The notes beneath the pieces are model-generated. The model ran no database searches, was not told the origin of the DNA, and saw only the letters and a program-made list of their open reading frames with translations. Below, one piece after another: positions 12,469 through 24,208 of a stretch of DNA of 64,000 bases. How positions within the stretch are numbered: the first letter of the stretch is position 1; each line of letters begins with the position of its first letter. The stretch covers positions 202,244,001-202,308,000 of the forward strand of contig OX597814.1 in assembly GCA_951406725.2 (NCBI GenBank). The letters run 5' to 3'. The stretch comes from Octopus vulgaris (lineage: Eukaryota). The position numbers and the translations under genes were made by a program.

Positions 12469-12946
12469 ATTGTATGTCTGTACATATATATATATATATA
12501 TATATACAGATATATAAGGTTTGAATTCAGATAGCTAGGGCATCATATATTGGAAGGTGTTCTATGTGCTGCTCCAGTGCCTCTGCCAGTTCAATACCAT
12601 TACAAATCAATACCTGATCTCACTAATATTTTGAAATACTGAAGGACAGAGAATTGAGGTAATCAACATCGGAGGCAGTTTGCAAAATCTTGGTTCTCCA
12701 CCATGAAGAGATCAGTCATAGAAGGTAGAATCTGAAGACAGAATGCAAAGAGCCAGAAGAGATAGCACAAGGTATCCTATCCAATGTTCTGATAATTCTG
12801 TTAATCTTCTAAGCTGGATTATCCACCCCAAATAGACGAAAGACTAAGTTACTCTTGGCAGAGTTTGAGCTAAGAGAAATGGAATATCTACTGCAAGGAG
12901 TTCTATCTGATGCTCCAACAGTTTGGTGTCATCACAACTCAGTATT

Positions 12947-13223
12947 TTAATCCTTTTGTTACTGTATTTATTTTGAGATGCTCTGTGTTTCTTTCAATTA
13001 ATTTTAAATCATCATCATCATTGTTTAATGTCTGTTTTCCATGCTGGCATGGGTTATAACAAAGAATTTAGTAAAATAACTTAGTTGTCATTAAGCTAGC
13101 ATTAGGAAACATAAATTGTGACTAAGGTTTGGTGGAAGATTTTAATTCAGAACTTATAAAAACAAGACATTTGTACTACAGAGCCAGAGGTGGTTTCAGC
13201 CGGGTTGGTAATGAAAGAGCTAA
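12947..13223. mobile_element. piggyBac-like MITE (degenerate), interrupted by an RTE-tail fragment
   Basis: TTAA-TCCTTTTGTTAC ... GGTAATGAAAGAG-CTAA imperfect terminal inverted repeats with TTAA-like flanks. Confidence 0.45.
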
Positions 13224-13523
13224 GCAATGCAATCACTGATATACATGAAAATAACTATTTCTAAACTGTTTCTAATCAACACAGTACAATAGACATACAT
13301 AAGACACAAAAGCATTTCAAGAGGAATACTTTAGCAAATTAATAAGACTTCTAATATTGTAAGAATACATTCTTACCACAAAAGATGTCAACTGCTGTGT
13401 GAAGTATGGTGGTGGTGGTGGTGGAATGAGCGTCAGTAGGAGGATGAGGAAGAACAATATTTACTATCTAATAGTTCATCATCACCATCATCAGCTTAAG
13501 GAGTGAAGAACTTATCCAAAGTT

Positions 13524-13840
13524 CATTATGTAAATTATTTACATTTGATGGATATTTGTCCTCATCTTGTTTGTTGTTAACTAATTTCGGCTGATATACC
13601 TACCAGCCTTCATCAGGTGTCTTGGGAAAATTTTGAACCTGGGTTCTCATTCTTAAGGTATTTTTCAATGTTAGGAATGAAAACCCAGGTTCAAAATTCC
13701 CCAATTTCCCCAAACCTGATGAAGGCTGTTGAGAGTATATCAACCAAAACAATGTGTTAACAACAAACAAGTTGAGGACAAATAATCCGTCAGGTGTAAA
13801 TAATGTACATAATTCCTCATCTCTTAAATATAGAACTGTA
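13524..13840. mobile_element. Fold-back hammerhead-bearing PLE-like element (family P1)
   Basis: About 130-bp inverted arms, each with a CTGATGAAGGCTG...CAGCCGAAA-type motif, plus unique 3' extension TCCTCATCTCTTAAATATAGAACTG. Confidence 0.75.
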
Positions 13841-14709
13841 TTATCCAAAGTTGTTTGATGCTTATGATGCACCCTCTCTTTGTACAGCCTGCCTTGGAAC
13901 TGAGCTCATTGTAAACTCCAAGATAAACATGGTCTTTCATCTTCTCAGGGTCGACAAAATAAATTGCCAGTCAAGTACTAGGGTTGATCATATAGATTAA
14001 CCCCCATCCCCTCTAATATTGTTGGCCCTGTCCCTAATTCAAAATCCTTTATTATTCTAAAATCTTGACAGGAAAGAAATGACAGGAACAGAAGCAAACC
14101 AGACCAAGTGCTTAGCAGAATTTCATTGTTTCCTCTTTAGATTGTGAGTTCAAATCTTGCTGGGGTTGATGTTAGCCTTCATTTCCTGATGATTGATAAA
14201 ATATGTACCAGTAAAGTACTGGGGTAATAACATCCATTCCTTAAAAATAGCACAACCAAAAAACCAAAAACCAAAATAAAAATTATTGAAATTTTGAAAT
14301 ATTGTCATTAAAATAGAAATCTGTTTTTGTTGTTTAGCCTAAGGTCAGCTCTTATTGGGAAGATCTATAATAAAAAATAAACTAGACATTAGCATCTTGA
14401 ATTTTTTTCTGCTTTCAGAAATAGTATCTAATCAGCCATTTCATTTAAGATGGTAGGATGTGATTTGGAGGAGGTTTTATTTAAGAATTGTACCAAAATA
14501 TCCATCATGACCTGTTAAGCACTAATAACACTTCATTAATGTCAGACACAAAATATCGAACCAAATGGAAGACTATATTCTTGATCGAAATCAAAAAGAA
14601 AAAGACAAGCTAAAAATACATATGCTTCAGACACCAATTCTGTTGTTATTTTATTATTGAAGTAAAAATCATAAAGAATTTGTATCAAACAAAATTAACA
14701 GAAACCTTC

Positions 14710-15320
14710 AGACAGTAATATACTGAGTATACGAATGTTTAGTATGTCAAAGAACCACATAGAGAAGACGTCTTCAGTGACTGTGTTATGGCACAATGAT
14801 TAACAGGTGTAATATGATTTACAGGTGTGCTATGATTTACAGGTGTGCTATGATTTACAGGTACATGATGAGTTTTAGTTTTTGAGATAATAATTTACGG
14901 TTATATCATGGTTTATATGTGTACAGACAGTAATATATTGAGTCTACGTATGTTTAGTATGTCAAAGAACCACATAGAGAAGACGTCTTCAGTCACTGTG
15001 TTATGGCACAATGATTTACAGGTGTAATATGATTTACAGGTGTGCTATGATTTACAGGTACATAATGAGTTTTAGTTTTTGAGATAATAATTTACGGTTG
15101 TATCATGGTTTATATGCATAACATGAGTTCTTGGTGCAGAGGTTTACAGCTGTATCATGAGAATTTCATGCAATAGTTTACAGGTGTACTTACCTTGGCC
15201 TACAAGTGTATAATGAATTTCTGCAGCAATTATTAACAGGTGTACCTGCAACTCAAGTTTCTGAGGCAGTTATTTACAGGCGACCAAAGATTTTAAGGTA
15301 ATGATTTACAGGTGTAGTTC
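14710..15320. repeat. About 214-bp tandem duplication containing an 18-bp minisatellite (TGATTTACAGGTGTGCTA) with degenerate continuation
   Basis: CAGACAGTAATAT at 14709 and 14924; repeated TTTACAGGTG units through 15315. Confidence 0.85.
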
Positions 15321-15494
15321 TAAAACAATTTCTGAGGGAAGTTAAAACATTAGGATGTATTTAGGAAAGTTAAGCATTTTTAATACACCTCACTCAGACA
15401 TATTGACTCCTTTGTGACAAACTGCAGATTATGCATTCAAATCCATTTTATAACAAGTTTAATACTCATGTCTATGCAATAACTCTTTTAAAAT

Positions 15495-15605
15495 GGTCAG
15501 TCCCACTGCATGGCACCTTGGGAAAGTGTCTTCTTCTACAGCCTCATGCCAACCAAAGCCTTGTGAGTGGATTTGGTAGACAAAAACTGAAAGAATCCTG
15601 TCGTA
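15495..15605 (+). mobile_element. SINE A fragment
   Basis: TCAGTCCCACTGCATGGCACCTTGGG...GAAAGAATCCTGTCG. Confidence 0.75.
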
Positions 15606-15617
15606 TATATATATGTA

Positions 15618-15677
<60 letters not shown>

Positions 15678-15719
15678 TCAATAAATGGTGGGGTTGTGAA
15701 AAACTTTTTAAAACATAAA

Positions 15720-15760
15720 TATTCTTGACAAGTCATACAATGACGAAAACCGGTTGAATA
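15720..15760 (+). ncRNA. Minimal hammerhead ribozyme-like motif, U3-A8 core
   Basis: TATTC TTGACAA GTCA tacaa TGAC GAAAA CCGG TT GAATA: stems I and II pair, palindromic stem III; one extra A in the GAAA segment; inside a short insert flanked by (TA)n. Confidence 0.6.
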
Positions 15761-15981
15761 AATATATATTTATATATTTTATCAATTTCTCATTTTATTA
15801 AAATTTTCTTTCATTTGAGCATTCTGCATTTTTAAAAAAATTTTTCCTTATATATATATATATATACATACATATATGCCAGCATGCAGCATGGCAAACA
15901 GACATTTAATGATGATCATAACTTATATATATATTATATGTGTGTGTGTGTGTGAGTGTATATATATATATATATATATAT

Positions 15982-16027
<46 letters not shown>

Positions 16028-16916
16028 AAAACCAGGTTAGAGAAGAAGAAGAAACGAAACGAAACGAAACCAATCGAATCAAATCGACGCGAAGGCGCCC
16101 AGTCATACAATAGTGTAATAAATAAATATATATATATATACCTGGATCCATGTAGCTGCTTCCCAATCACATGGTTCCAGGTCCAGGTTCAGTCCTACTG
16201 TGTGAGACTTTGGGCAAGTGTCTTCTACTATAGTCTTGGGCTGAACAAAGTCTTGTGAGTAGATTTGGTAGATGGAAACTGAAAGATTCCCATCATGTGA
16301 GTGTGTGTGTGTGTGTTTGTCAAGTAGTGGGGTTAATTAGCTTGACTAAAACCCTACAAGGTAGTGCTCCAGCCTGGCTACAGTCTAATGACTGAGGCAA
16401 ATAACACAAAAGATACATGGATATACACACACACACACACACATTATGTAGGTGAGGGCAAAATCTAAGCTGTGTTCTCCCGAAGCACATCAGCTTGTTG
16501 TAGTATTCCAAGTCCATATGCAGAATACATATTCGTGTGGTATACACAAGAATTGAAAATTCAGGTAAATATCTTTTGCCGAGTAATTATACATCAAAAA
16601 GGAGATTGGAAAAATGTTGGTATTATTTATTCATAATTACACACGTTCCATTTACAAATAAGAATTACAGAATTGTACATGTAGGAGAAACATGTATTAT
16701 CATAAAATAATGTATTATTTAATTCTACATGTGAAGAATTTCTAATAGAATATATCTTAGATATTTCTCCTATATGTATAATTTTGAAATTCATATTAGC
16801 AAATGAAAACCTGTGTTATGGTGAATAAACAATATCAAAAATACTTTCCAATCTCCTGTTCTTATATATGTATATATATATATATGTGTGTATGTATATA
16901 TATGTATGTATGTATG

Positions 16917-17222
16917 TTGTGGACGCACATGGCCTAGTGGTTAGAGCAGCAGACTCGCAGTTGAGGGATCGCAGGTTCGAATCTCAGACCGGGTGATGTG
17001 TGTGTTTATGAGTGAAATGCCTAAGCACCATGCAGCTCTGGCAGAAGGTAATGGCGAACTTCTGCTGACTCTTTCACCACAACTTTCTCTCACTCTTTCC
17101 TCCTGCATCTTGCAGCTCACTTGTGATGGACCGGCGTCCCATCCAGGTGGGGAACCAAAACGCCAAGGAAACCAGGAAACTGGCCCTTATGAGCCAGGCA
17201 TGGCTCAAGAAGGAATAAACAA
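16917..17222 (+). mobile_element. tRNA-derived SINE family G
   Basis: A-box TGGCCTAGTGG, B-box GGTTCGAATC, central TGTGATGGACCGGCGTCCCATCCAGG block; flanked by ATGTATGT on both sides. Confidence 0.8.
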
Positions 17223-17314
17223 TGTATGTAACTATGTATGTGTATATATATATATATTTCTTTTTTCTGTAGTTTCAGCTCAGAGCTGTGGCTGGCCATG
17301 CTGATACGCTAATT

Positions 17315-17660
17315 CTATGGTAAGAAGTTTACTTCCCAACTACATGGCTCAGGGTTCAGTCTTACTACGTGGCACCTTGGGCCATGCAGTAGGACTATAC
17401 TATAGCCTCAGGTTGACCAAAGCCTTGTGAGTTGATTTGGTAGATGGAAACTAAAAGAAGCCCATTGTATGTATATATATATATATATATGAATGTATAT
17501 ATGGATGTATGTATATATTTGTGTGTCTGTGTTTGTTCCCCACCACTATCACTTGCCAATAGAAGGTTGCTGTGTTTACATCCCCCTAATTTAGCGGTTT
17601 ACCAAAAGAGTCCGTACGAGGCTTGCAAAGAATAAGTTGTGGAGATTGATTTGTTTGCAG
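17315..17660 (+). mobile_element. SINE A, degenerate
   Basis: Head/core/body similarity to family A. Confidence 0.75.
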
Positions 17661-17889
17661 CAAATGAAGTGCAAAAGCAAGGCAGACTGAGGAAAAGGTA
17701 GAGGGGACAGATGGAGGAGGAGATTGGGGGGGGGGGACCCCCAAAACCAGGCGAGATGATGTGATTGGGTGATGGCAGTTGGTGTAGCATTGAGGTAGGT
17801 CCAGCCATCCCTTTAATGAGGACAAAACCTGGATTTAAAACACTGGATCATGATGATGATGATGATATACTTAACATAAAAGTGTAAAG

Positions 17890-18462
17890 AGTAAGGACCC
17901 CTTTTGGTCATCAATGACCATGGGATTGCCCCTAGAAAGTTCCCCTCTGAGGCACAAGTCCAGGCAAGGTTGTTTATGGTAGATCAGCAGTTGCCTATGC
18001 ATACCTATTTCTATTTCTTTACTACCCACAAGGGGCTAAACACAGAGAGGACAAACAAGGACAGACAAACGGATTAAGTTGATTATATCGACCCCAGTGC
18101 GTAACTGGTACTTATTTAATCAACCCCAAAAAGATGAAAGGCAAAGTCAACCTCGGCGGAATTTGAACTCAGAACATAACGACAGATGAAATACAGCTAT
18201 GCATTTTACCCGGTTTGCTAACGATTCTGCCAGCTCACCGTCCCCTCTCCCCACCACCGATGTTGTCCAAGGTAAAAGTAAAGGCCAATACAGCTTGGCA
18301 CCAGTGACATCACAGCTCATTTCTACTGCTGAGTGAACTAATGTAACATGAAATAAAGTGTCTTGCTCAAGAACACAACACACAGCTGGGTCTGGGAATC
18401 GAACTCACAACCTCATGATTGTGACCCCCCCAATGCTCTAACCACTGAACCATGTACTTCTT
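17890..18462 (-). mobile_element. SINE C with nested SINE B1 (about 18003-18240)
   Basis: C tail at 17890-18002 and C head at 18241-18460 interrupted by a full B1 copy. Confidence 0.8.
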
Positions 18463-18809
18463 CATATATTTGCTGGTGATGCTTATATTTCATATTTAAA
18501 TTTATTTCTATGTGTACCTTGTCTGGGCACACCTGCATGTTATATGCATGTAAGTCATGGGCTGTCAAAATGATTCCTCTCTAATCCTGTTCAGGTACAT
18601 GATGTTGATAAGCCACAAAAATGACAAAATACCAACGTCTATCACTCCTGGATGGGATTCAAGGTGAGTTATCTCACCCGTCCATGGCTTTTGGGTGTTT
18701 TAACATCCAGCACTTTGAGAGAGTATTCTCCACCATCCCAAATTGCAACCTACCAGCAAATACACAATGCTTATATATTAAGTACATGTGTTTGTCAATG
18801 ATTATATAT

Positions 18810-19146
18810 ACGGTGGCACATAAAAAGCACCATCCAAACGTGGTCAATGCCAGTGCCCCCAGACTGGTTCCTGTGTCAGTAGCTTGTAAAAAGCACTATC
18901 CAAACGTGATCGATTCCAGGCCCTCCTGACTGGCACCTGTGGTGGTGACACATAAAAAGCACCGACTACACTCTAGGAGTGGTTGGCATTAGGAAAGGCA
19001 TTCACTTGTAGAAACATTGCCAGATCAGATTGGAGCCTGGTGCAGCCTACTGGCTTCCCAAACCCCAGTCAAACCATCCAACCCATGCCAGCATGGAAAA
19101 CAGATGTTAAACAATGATGATGAGGAGGAGGCAGATGATATATGTA

Positions 19147-19180
<34 letters not shown>

Positions 19181-19310
19181 GGGCATCCAGCTGTAGAAAC
19201 ATTGCCAGATAAGACTGGAGCCTGGTGCAGCCTTCTGGCTTCCCAGATCCCTGGTCGAACCGTCCAACCCATGCTAGCATGGAGAACGGACGTTAAATGA
19301 TGATGATGAT
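18810..19310 (+). mobile_element. Two tandem RTE-tail (family D) copies
   Basis: Family D UTR ending (GAT)n at about 19120 and again at about 19310. Confidence 0.8.
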
Positions 19311-19390
19311 ACATATATTATTTATATATATAAGTATATATATATATATGTGTATATATATATATATACATATATAATTTATATATATAA

Positions 19391-19454
<64 letters not shown>

Positions 19455-19500
19455 TAAATGAAAAATGGAAGATGATGGAATACATGAGAATTTCTTATTA

Positions 19501-19606
19501 ATCACAACACTCATTTCGACACATCTAGCATCGATACCTCACAGGTGGGACAGTTAACAACTCACTCAGCAGCATCCAATGGATCGAATGTGTCTCATTA
19601 GATGAT
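19501..19606 (-). ncRNA. Degenerate hammerhead-like motif with long stem II
   Basis: ATCAT CTAATGA GACACAT...ATGTGTC GAAA TGAGTG TT GTGAT; G5>A change; next to (TA)n. Confidence 0.45.
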
Positions 19607-20355
19607 AAATTGTCATAACTCATTAAAGTAACAGTTCTGCAAATCGTTTTCTCATTTCGTAGAAAGAAAAGCAACAAAACGAAAGGAAATGTCTTCATTT
19701 ACACAGAAGATCAAAAATAAAATCACAGATGCAAAGAAAGAAACGAGCACTCAATACAGCAATAAGAGTATACTCAGAATTCTGTGAAAGCACAAAGTTT
19801 TCAAACGATTTTTACAGAAGCATACCAATGCTGCACATTGAAACTCTTTTGTTTGTTCTGGTGATTAGAAAAGAAAGAGTTAAATAAAAACGTTGATAGC
19901 AATCAAAACAGTTCATCTTACACCTGGTTTCAAGGCAGTATTTCAAATAAATTAAGAATTAAAGCAGAACTAATCTCAGAGATTCAATCTAGCTGAAAAC
20001 AACTTCAAATTAAAGAAAATTCATGATTAAAATTTTCAAACTGCTATGAAACATAATTTGCAATTTATGAACAAAAATAGGAATTTGCTAAGTAGGTAAG
20101 ATGAGTGAGAGGTGTAGTTAATTCTATAAGAGTAGGCATGGATGTGTGGGTAAGATGCTTGCTTTGCAATGATGAGGTTTTGGGTTCAGTCCCATCATGC
20201 AGCACCTTGAGAAAATGTCTTCGAGTGTAGCTCCCAGCTGATTAATGCCTTCTGGGTGAATTTGGCTGATGGCATCTTTGGATTTTTCATACTTTGGGAA
20301 TTGATATAGTTTATATACATATATATACTACTTATATACATATACTACATATATA

Positions 20356-20368
20356 TTGCTTCGGCAGT

Positions 20369-20408
<40 letters not shown>

Positions 20409-20460
20409 GGCCCCTGCGCATGAATGACATGCAAATTCGTGAAGCGTTCCATATTTTTTT
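20356..20460 (+). pseudogene. U6: U6 snRNA retrocopy (first about 4 nt missing, a few substitutions)
   Basis: TTGCTTCGGCAGTACATATACTAAAATTGGAACGATACAGAGAAGATTAGCATGGCCCCTGCGCATGAATGACATGCAAATTCGTGAAGCGTTCCATATTTTTTT; ACAGAGA box and AGC triad intact, canonical AAGGATGACACG altered to ATGAATGACATG. Confidence 0.95.
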
Positions 20461-20524
20461 ACAGCGGTGGTGCCCCAGCATGGCCGCAGCCTTCAGGCTA
20501 AAACATTTTTAAGGATTTAAGGAT
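20461..20524 (+). mobile_element. LINE/SINE-type 3' tail fused to U6
   Basis: GCGGTGGTGCCCCAGCATGGCCGCAGCCTTCAGGCTAAAACA is homologous to the SINE A tail, then short repeat (TTTAAGGA)2. Confidence 0.75.
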
Positions 20525-20662
20525 ACTAGGAGCCCCCACCAACCTTCAGTCCAGTCTGTACGGTGCACAAATGTATTCATAAGGCACATACTGGCATCTA
20601 TCATAATACCCATTTTCCTTACAATAAAAGTTGTTAAAAAGTATTTCAATATTGCATAACAT

Positions 20663-21050
20663 AGGCGCAGGAGTGGCTGTGTGGTAAGTAGCTTGCTTAC
20701 CAACCACATGGTTCCAGGTTCAGTCCCACTGCATGACACCTTGGGCAACTGTCTTCTACTATAGCTTCAGGCTGACCAGTGCGTTGTGAGTGGATTCGGT
20801 AGATGGAAACTGAAAGAAGCCCATCATGTATGTGTGTGTGAGTGTGCACGTGCATATGTTTCTGTGTCACCCCACCATCGCTTGACAACTGATGCTGGTG
20901 CATTTACATCTCCATAACTTAGTGGTTTGGCAAAAGAGACCAATAGAATAAGTACTAGTCTTACAAAGAATAAGTCCTGGGGTCGATTTGTTCGACTCAA
21001 GTTGATACTCCAGCATGGCTGCAATCAAATGACTGAAACAGATAAAAGAA
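20663..21050 (+). mobile_element. SINE A, full length
   Basis: Head to tail match with family A. Confidence 0.9.
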
Positions 21051-21257
21051 CTTAATTTTAAACATTTATTTAGAATATCTAAATTGTGCTTCCAATATAT
21101 ATATATATGTATGTATACATATATGCATATATATATATATGCATATATATATATATATATATATATACATGCAGAAAGTTGAAAAGGAACGCACGAGTTG
21201 ATATATATGGAAAAAAAAGTGAAGATAGAAAATGATAAAATAATTTTATAAAAAACA

Positions 21258-21300
21258 TTTCAGTACCGGTTTCAGTCATTGAGACTTTTTCAACTGTAAA
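21258..21300 (-). ncRNA. Minimal hammerhead ribozyme motif, U3-A8 core
   Basis: TTTACAG TTGAAAA AGTC tcaat GACT GAAA CCGG TA CTGAAA; palindromic stem III ACCGGT, GUA cleavage triplet. Confidence 0.65.
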
Positions 21301-21704
21301 TATGGAAAAGAATTAAATTTTGGAAACATTATAAGAAAAGATTTTTAAATGAATATTTGCATAGTGTTCAAATACAAGAGGTATTTTCCTTGTTTCTGCC
21401 TGTCTGTCTCTCTTGTTTACTCTTGTAAGAGTAAACCCATTCGGTGTAATAGCAACTCGATAGAATGAAGTCCTTTGTAACTGCAGACACAGAAAATGTC
21501 CATTACATAAATAATAACACATCCCCAATAACAGAATAATAAAGGAAAATTATTTGTTTCAGTACCCTTTTCAACATAAATTCCCCAAACAAAGAACCAG
21601 TTTATTCTTCATAATACTTCAAAAACACTCTCCCCCCAGCATCAGTACCACAAACTAATAAATTTTGGACACATAAGAGGTGCAGCAATATGCATATATA
21701 TGCA

Positions 21705-21853
21705 TAAATGTGGCTGTGTGGTAAGAAACTTGCTTCCCAACCACATGGTTCTGGGTTCAGTTCCACTGTGTGGTACCTTGGGCAAGAGTCTTCTACTATA
21801 GCCTCAGTCTTTATGAGTGAGTGCATTTGGTAGACGGAAACTGAAAGAAGCCT
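21705..21853 (+). mobile_element. SINE A 5' half
   Basis: GTGGCTGTGTGGTAAG...CTGAAAGAAGCC. Confidence 0.8.
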
Positions 21854-22182
21854 TAGCTGAGTCACTATCGGAACTACAGGAGAAAATTCAGGTGTGGAAG
21901 CAAGGTCTATAATCGAAGGGCCTTAGAATCAATCTAGCAAAAACCAGAGTTTTAATAAGTAGGAAGGCAGACAAACCACAAATCCTTTCATGTAGCTGGC
22001 CCTGGTCGATCTGTAGAAAAGGCGTAGGTAGAAACTCCATAAGATGTACCCAGTGTAAGCTATGGACACATAAGAGGTGCAGCAATATCAAAGGAAGGCT
22101 AACTGGGAAGATGGTTTTTGTGTGTGGCAAATGCTCAGGATCAATAAACACTGAAAATGTGCAGAAAACAGCTTCCCTCACA
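21854..22182 (+). pseudogene. RTE-clade LINE ORF2 fragment (end of RT + Cys/His cluster)
   Basis: AESLSELQEKIQVWKQGL*SKGLRINLAKTRVL...ICRKGVGRNSIRCTQCKLWTHKRCS...FVCGKC; one in-frame stop. Confidence 0.85.
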
Positions 22183-22280
22183 TGTCTTTGCAAGTATATA
22201 TGCAGTGAAGCTTTACTATAGCATCGTAAATGTATCGACTGCTATTTCCAGTAAATATTGGTTCCTTGTTATACCACTAC

Positions 22281-22312
<32 letters not shown>

Positions 22313-22321
22313 TATATACGA

Positions 22322-22577
22322 TGTGTCGGTGGCACATAAAAACACCATCCGAGCGTGGCCGTTCGCCAGCCTCGTCTGGCACCTGTGTCGGTGGCACATA
22401 AAATCACCCACTACACTCTTGGAGTGGTTGGCGTTAGGAAGGGCATCCAGCTGTAGAAACACTGCCAGATCTGACTGGCCTGGTGCAGCCTTCGGGCTCC
22501 CCAGACACCAGTTGAACCGTCCAACCCATGCTAGCATGGAAAGCGGACGTTAAATGATGATGATGATGATGATGATG
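22322..22577 (+). mobile_element. RTE 3'UTR/tail (family D, young subfamily)
   Basis: One 62-bp unit plus tail, nearly identical to 38.6-38.8 kb and 54.6-54.8 kb. Confidence 0.9.
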
Positions 22578-22762
22578 TCACAGGTGCCAAGCAGTATCGG
22601 CCTTTGCCTTTCCCTTAGATAACACTAGTGGCGTGGAGAGGGGAGACCGGTATGGATGGGCGACTGTTGGTCTTCCATAAACAACCTAGCCTGGACTTGT
22701 ACCTGGGAGAGTAACTTTCTAGGTGCAATCCCATGGTCTGTATCATGACCGAAGGGGGTCTC
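22578..22762 (+). mobile_element. SINE C 3' half
   Basis: GTCACAGGTGCCAAGC...CATGACCGAAGGGGGTC. Confidence 0.8.
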
Positions 22763-23306
22763 AGATATATATATACGACAAACTTCTTTCAGTTTCTATC
22801 TACCAAATCCACTCACAATACTTTCGTCAGCCCGAGGCTATAGTAGAAGGCACTTGCCCAAAGTGCCACGCAGGGGAACTGAATCCGGAGCCATCATGAA
22901 TTGTAATCTAATTTACCAATCCCAGGAGGATGAAAGGCAAAGTTCATCTTGGCAGGATTTGAACTGAGAGCTTTAAGAGCTGGAAGAAACACCACAAGGC
23001 AGTGTGTTCGGTGCTCCACCTCTTCTGCCAGCTGTTAAACCACATTAGGCAGCGTCACCACAAAGACTATAACTCATTGATGGTTTATTTATTGATATAT
23101 TATATTGTAACTATTTGCTTTGTAATGTTTGATCAGATGAAATTTCGTACTAAACGGTAGCAAGTAAGATGGAAGTTAATAGGAATTCAATAAGTCACCT
23201 CTTTGAGGTTGGTTATTGAATCTTGAAGATGTATTCTCTGTGATAGTAATTCTTTATATTTATTGGTTGGTCAATTAGTCAATATCAGAACATCAAATTC
23301 AGTAAG

Positions 23307-23337
<31 letters not shown>

Positions 23338-23489
23338 CACATTTGTGCATGTATACATATATATATATATAGAGAGAGAGAGAGATAGATAGATAGATAG
23401 ATAGATTGATAGATAGAACTATAAATATATATTTATGTGTGTGTGTGTGTGTATATATGTATATGTGTATGAGTATATATATGTATATA

Positions 23490-23571
<82 letters not shown>

Positions 23572-23994
23572 CATTCTTTTATTCTTGTGTGGATGTATGT
23601 GTATAATATATACATATATATATTTATATATACATTTCAGTGCTATTATGTTAAACCGTTGTATGTCCAAAGTTGGCCAAATGCGGGGTTTTTTTTTCCA
23701 GTATTTATTTTTGCTTGCAATAGCCAGTTCCTTTTGGTCAAACTATCTTATCTCCAGCTTCTTCAGATGCCAAGATATCAAAAATTATCAAAGTGTAGTA
23801 CAATGGTTTTGCAATGGAACGGTGAAACTATTTCTTTACTTTCTGAACAATCAACATTTTGGACTTACAACACTTTTGCATAATAGCAACAGCAACCTTC
23901 TCACTTACCAGCTCTGGTCAAACTGTTCAACCCATGCCAGCATGGACAACGAAGGTTAAATGAGGAAAAAGAGAAAAAAAATATATATATATAT

Positions 23995-24172
23995 TGGTGC
24001 AGGAGTGGCTGTGTGGTAAGAAGCTTGCTTCCCAACCACATGGTTCCGGGTTCAGTCCCACTGCGTGGCACATTGGACAAGTGTCTTCTACTATAGCCTC
24101 AGGCTGACCAAAGCCTTGTGAGTGGATTTGGTAGATAGAAACTGAAAGAAGCCCATTGTGTGTATATATATG

Positions 24173-24208
<36 letters not shown>

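Noticed and set aside
20356-20460. Functional U6 gene
   Set aside because: 5' terminal nucleotides missing, substitutions in the internal stem-loop region, no recognisable upstream promoter, fused retroelement tail
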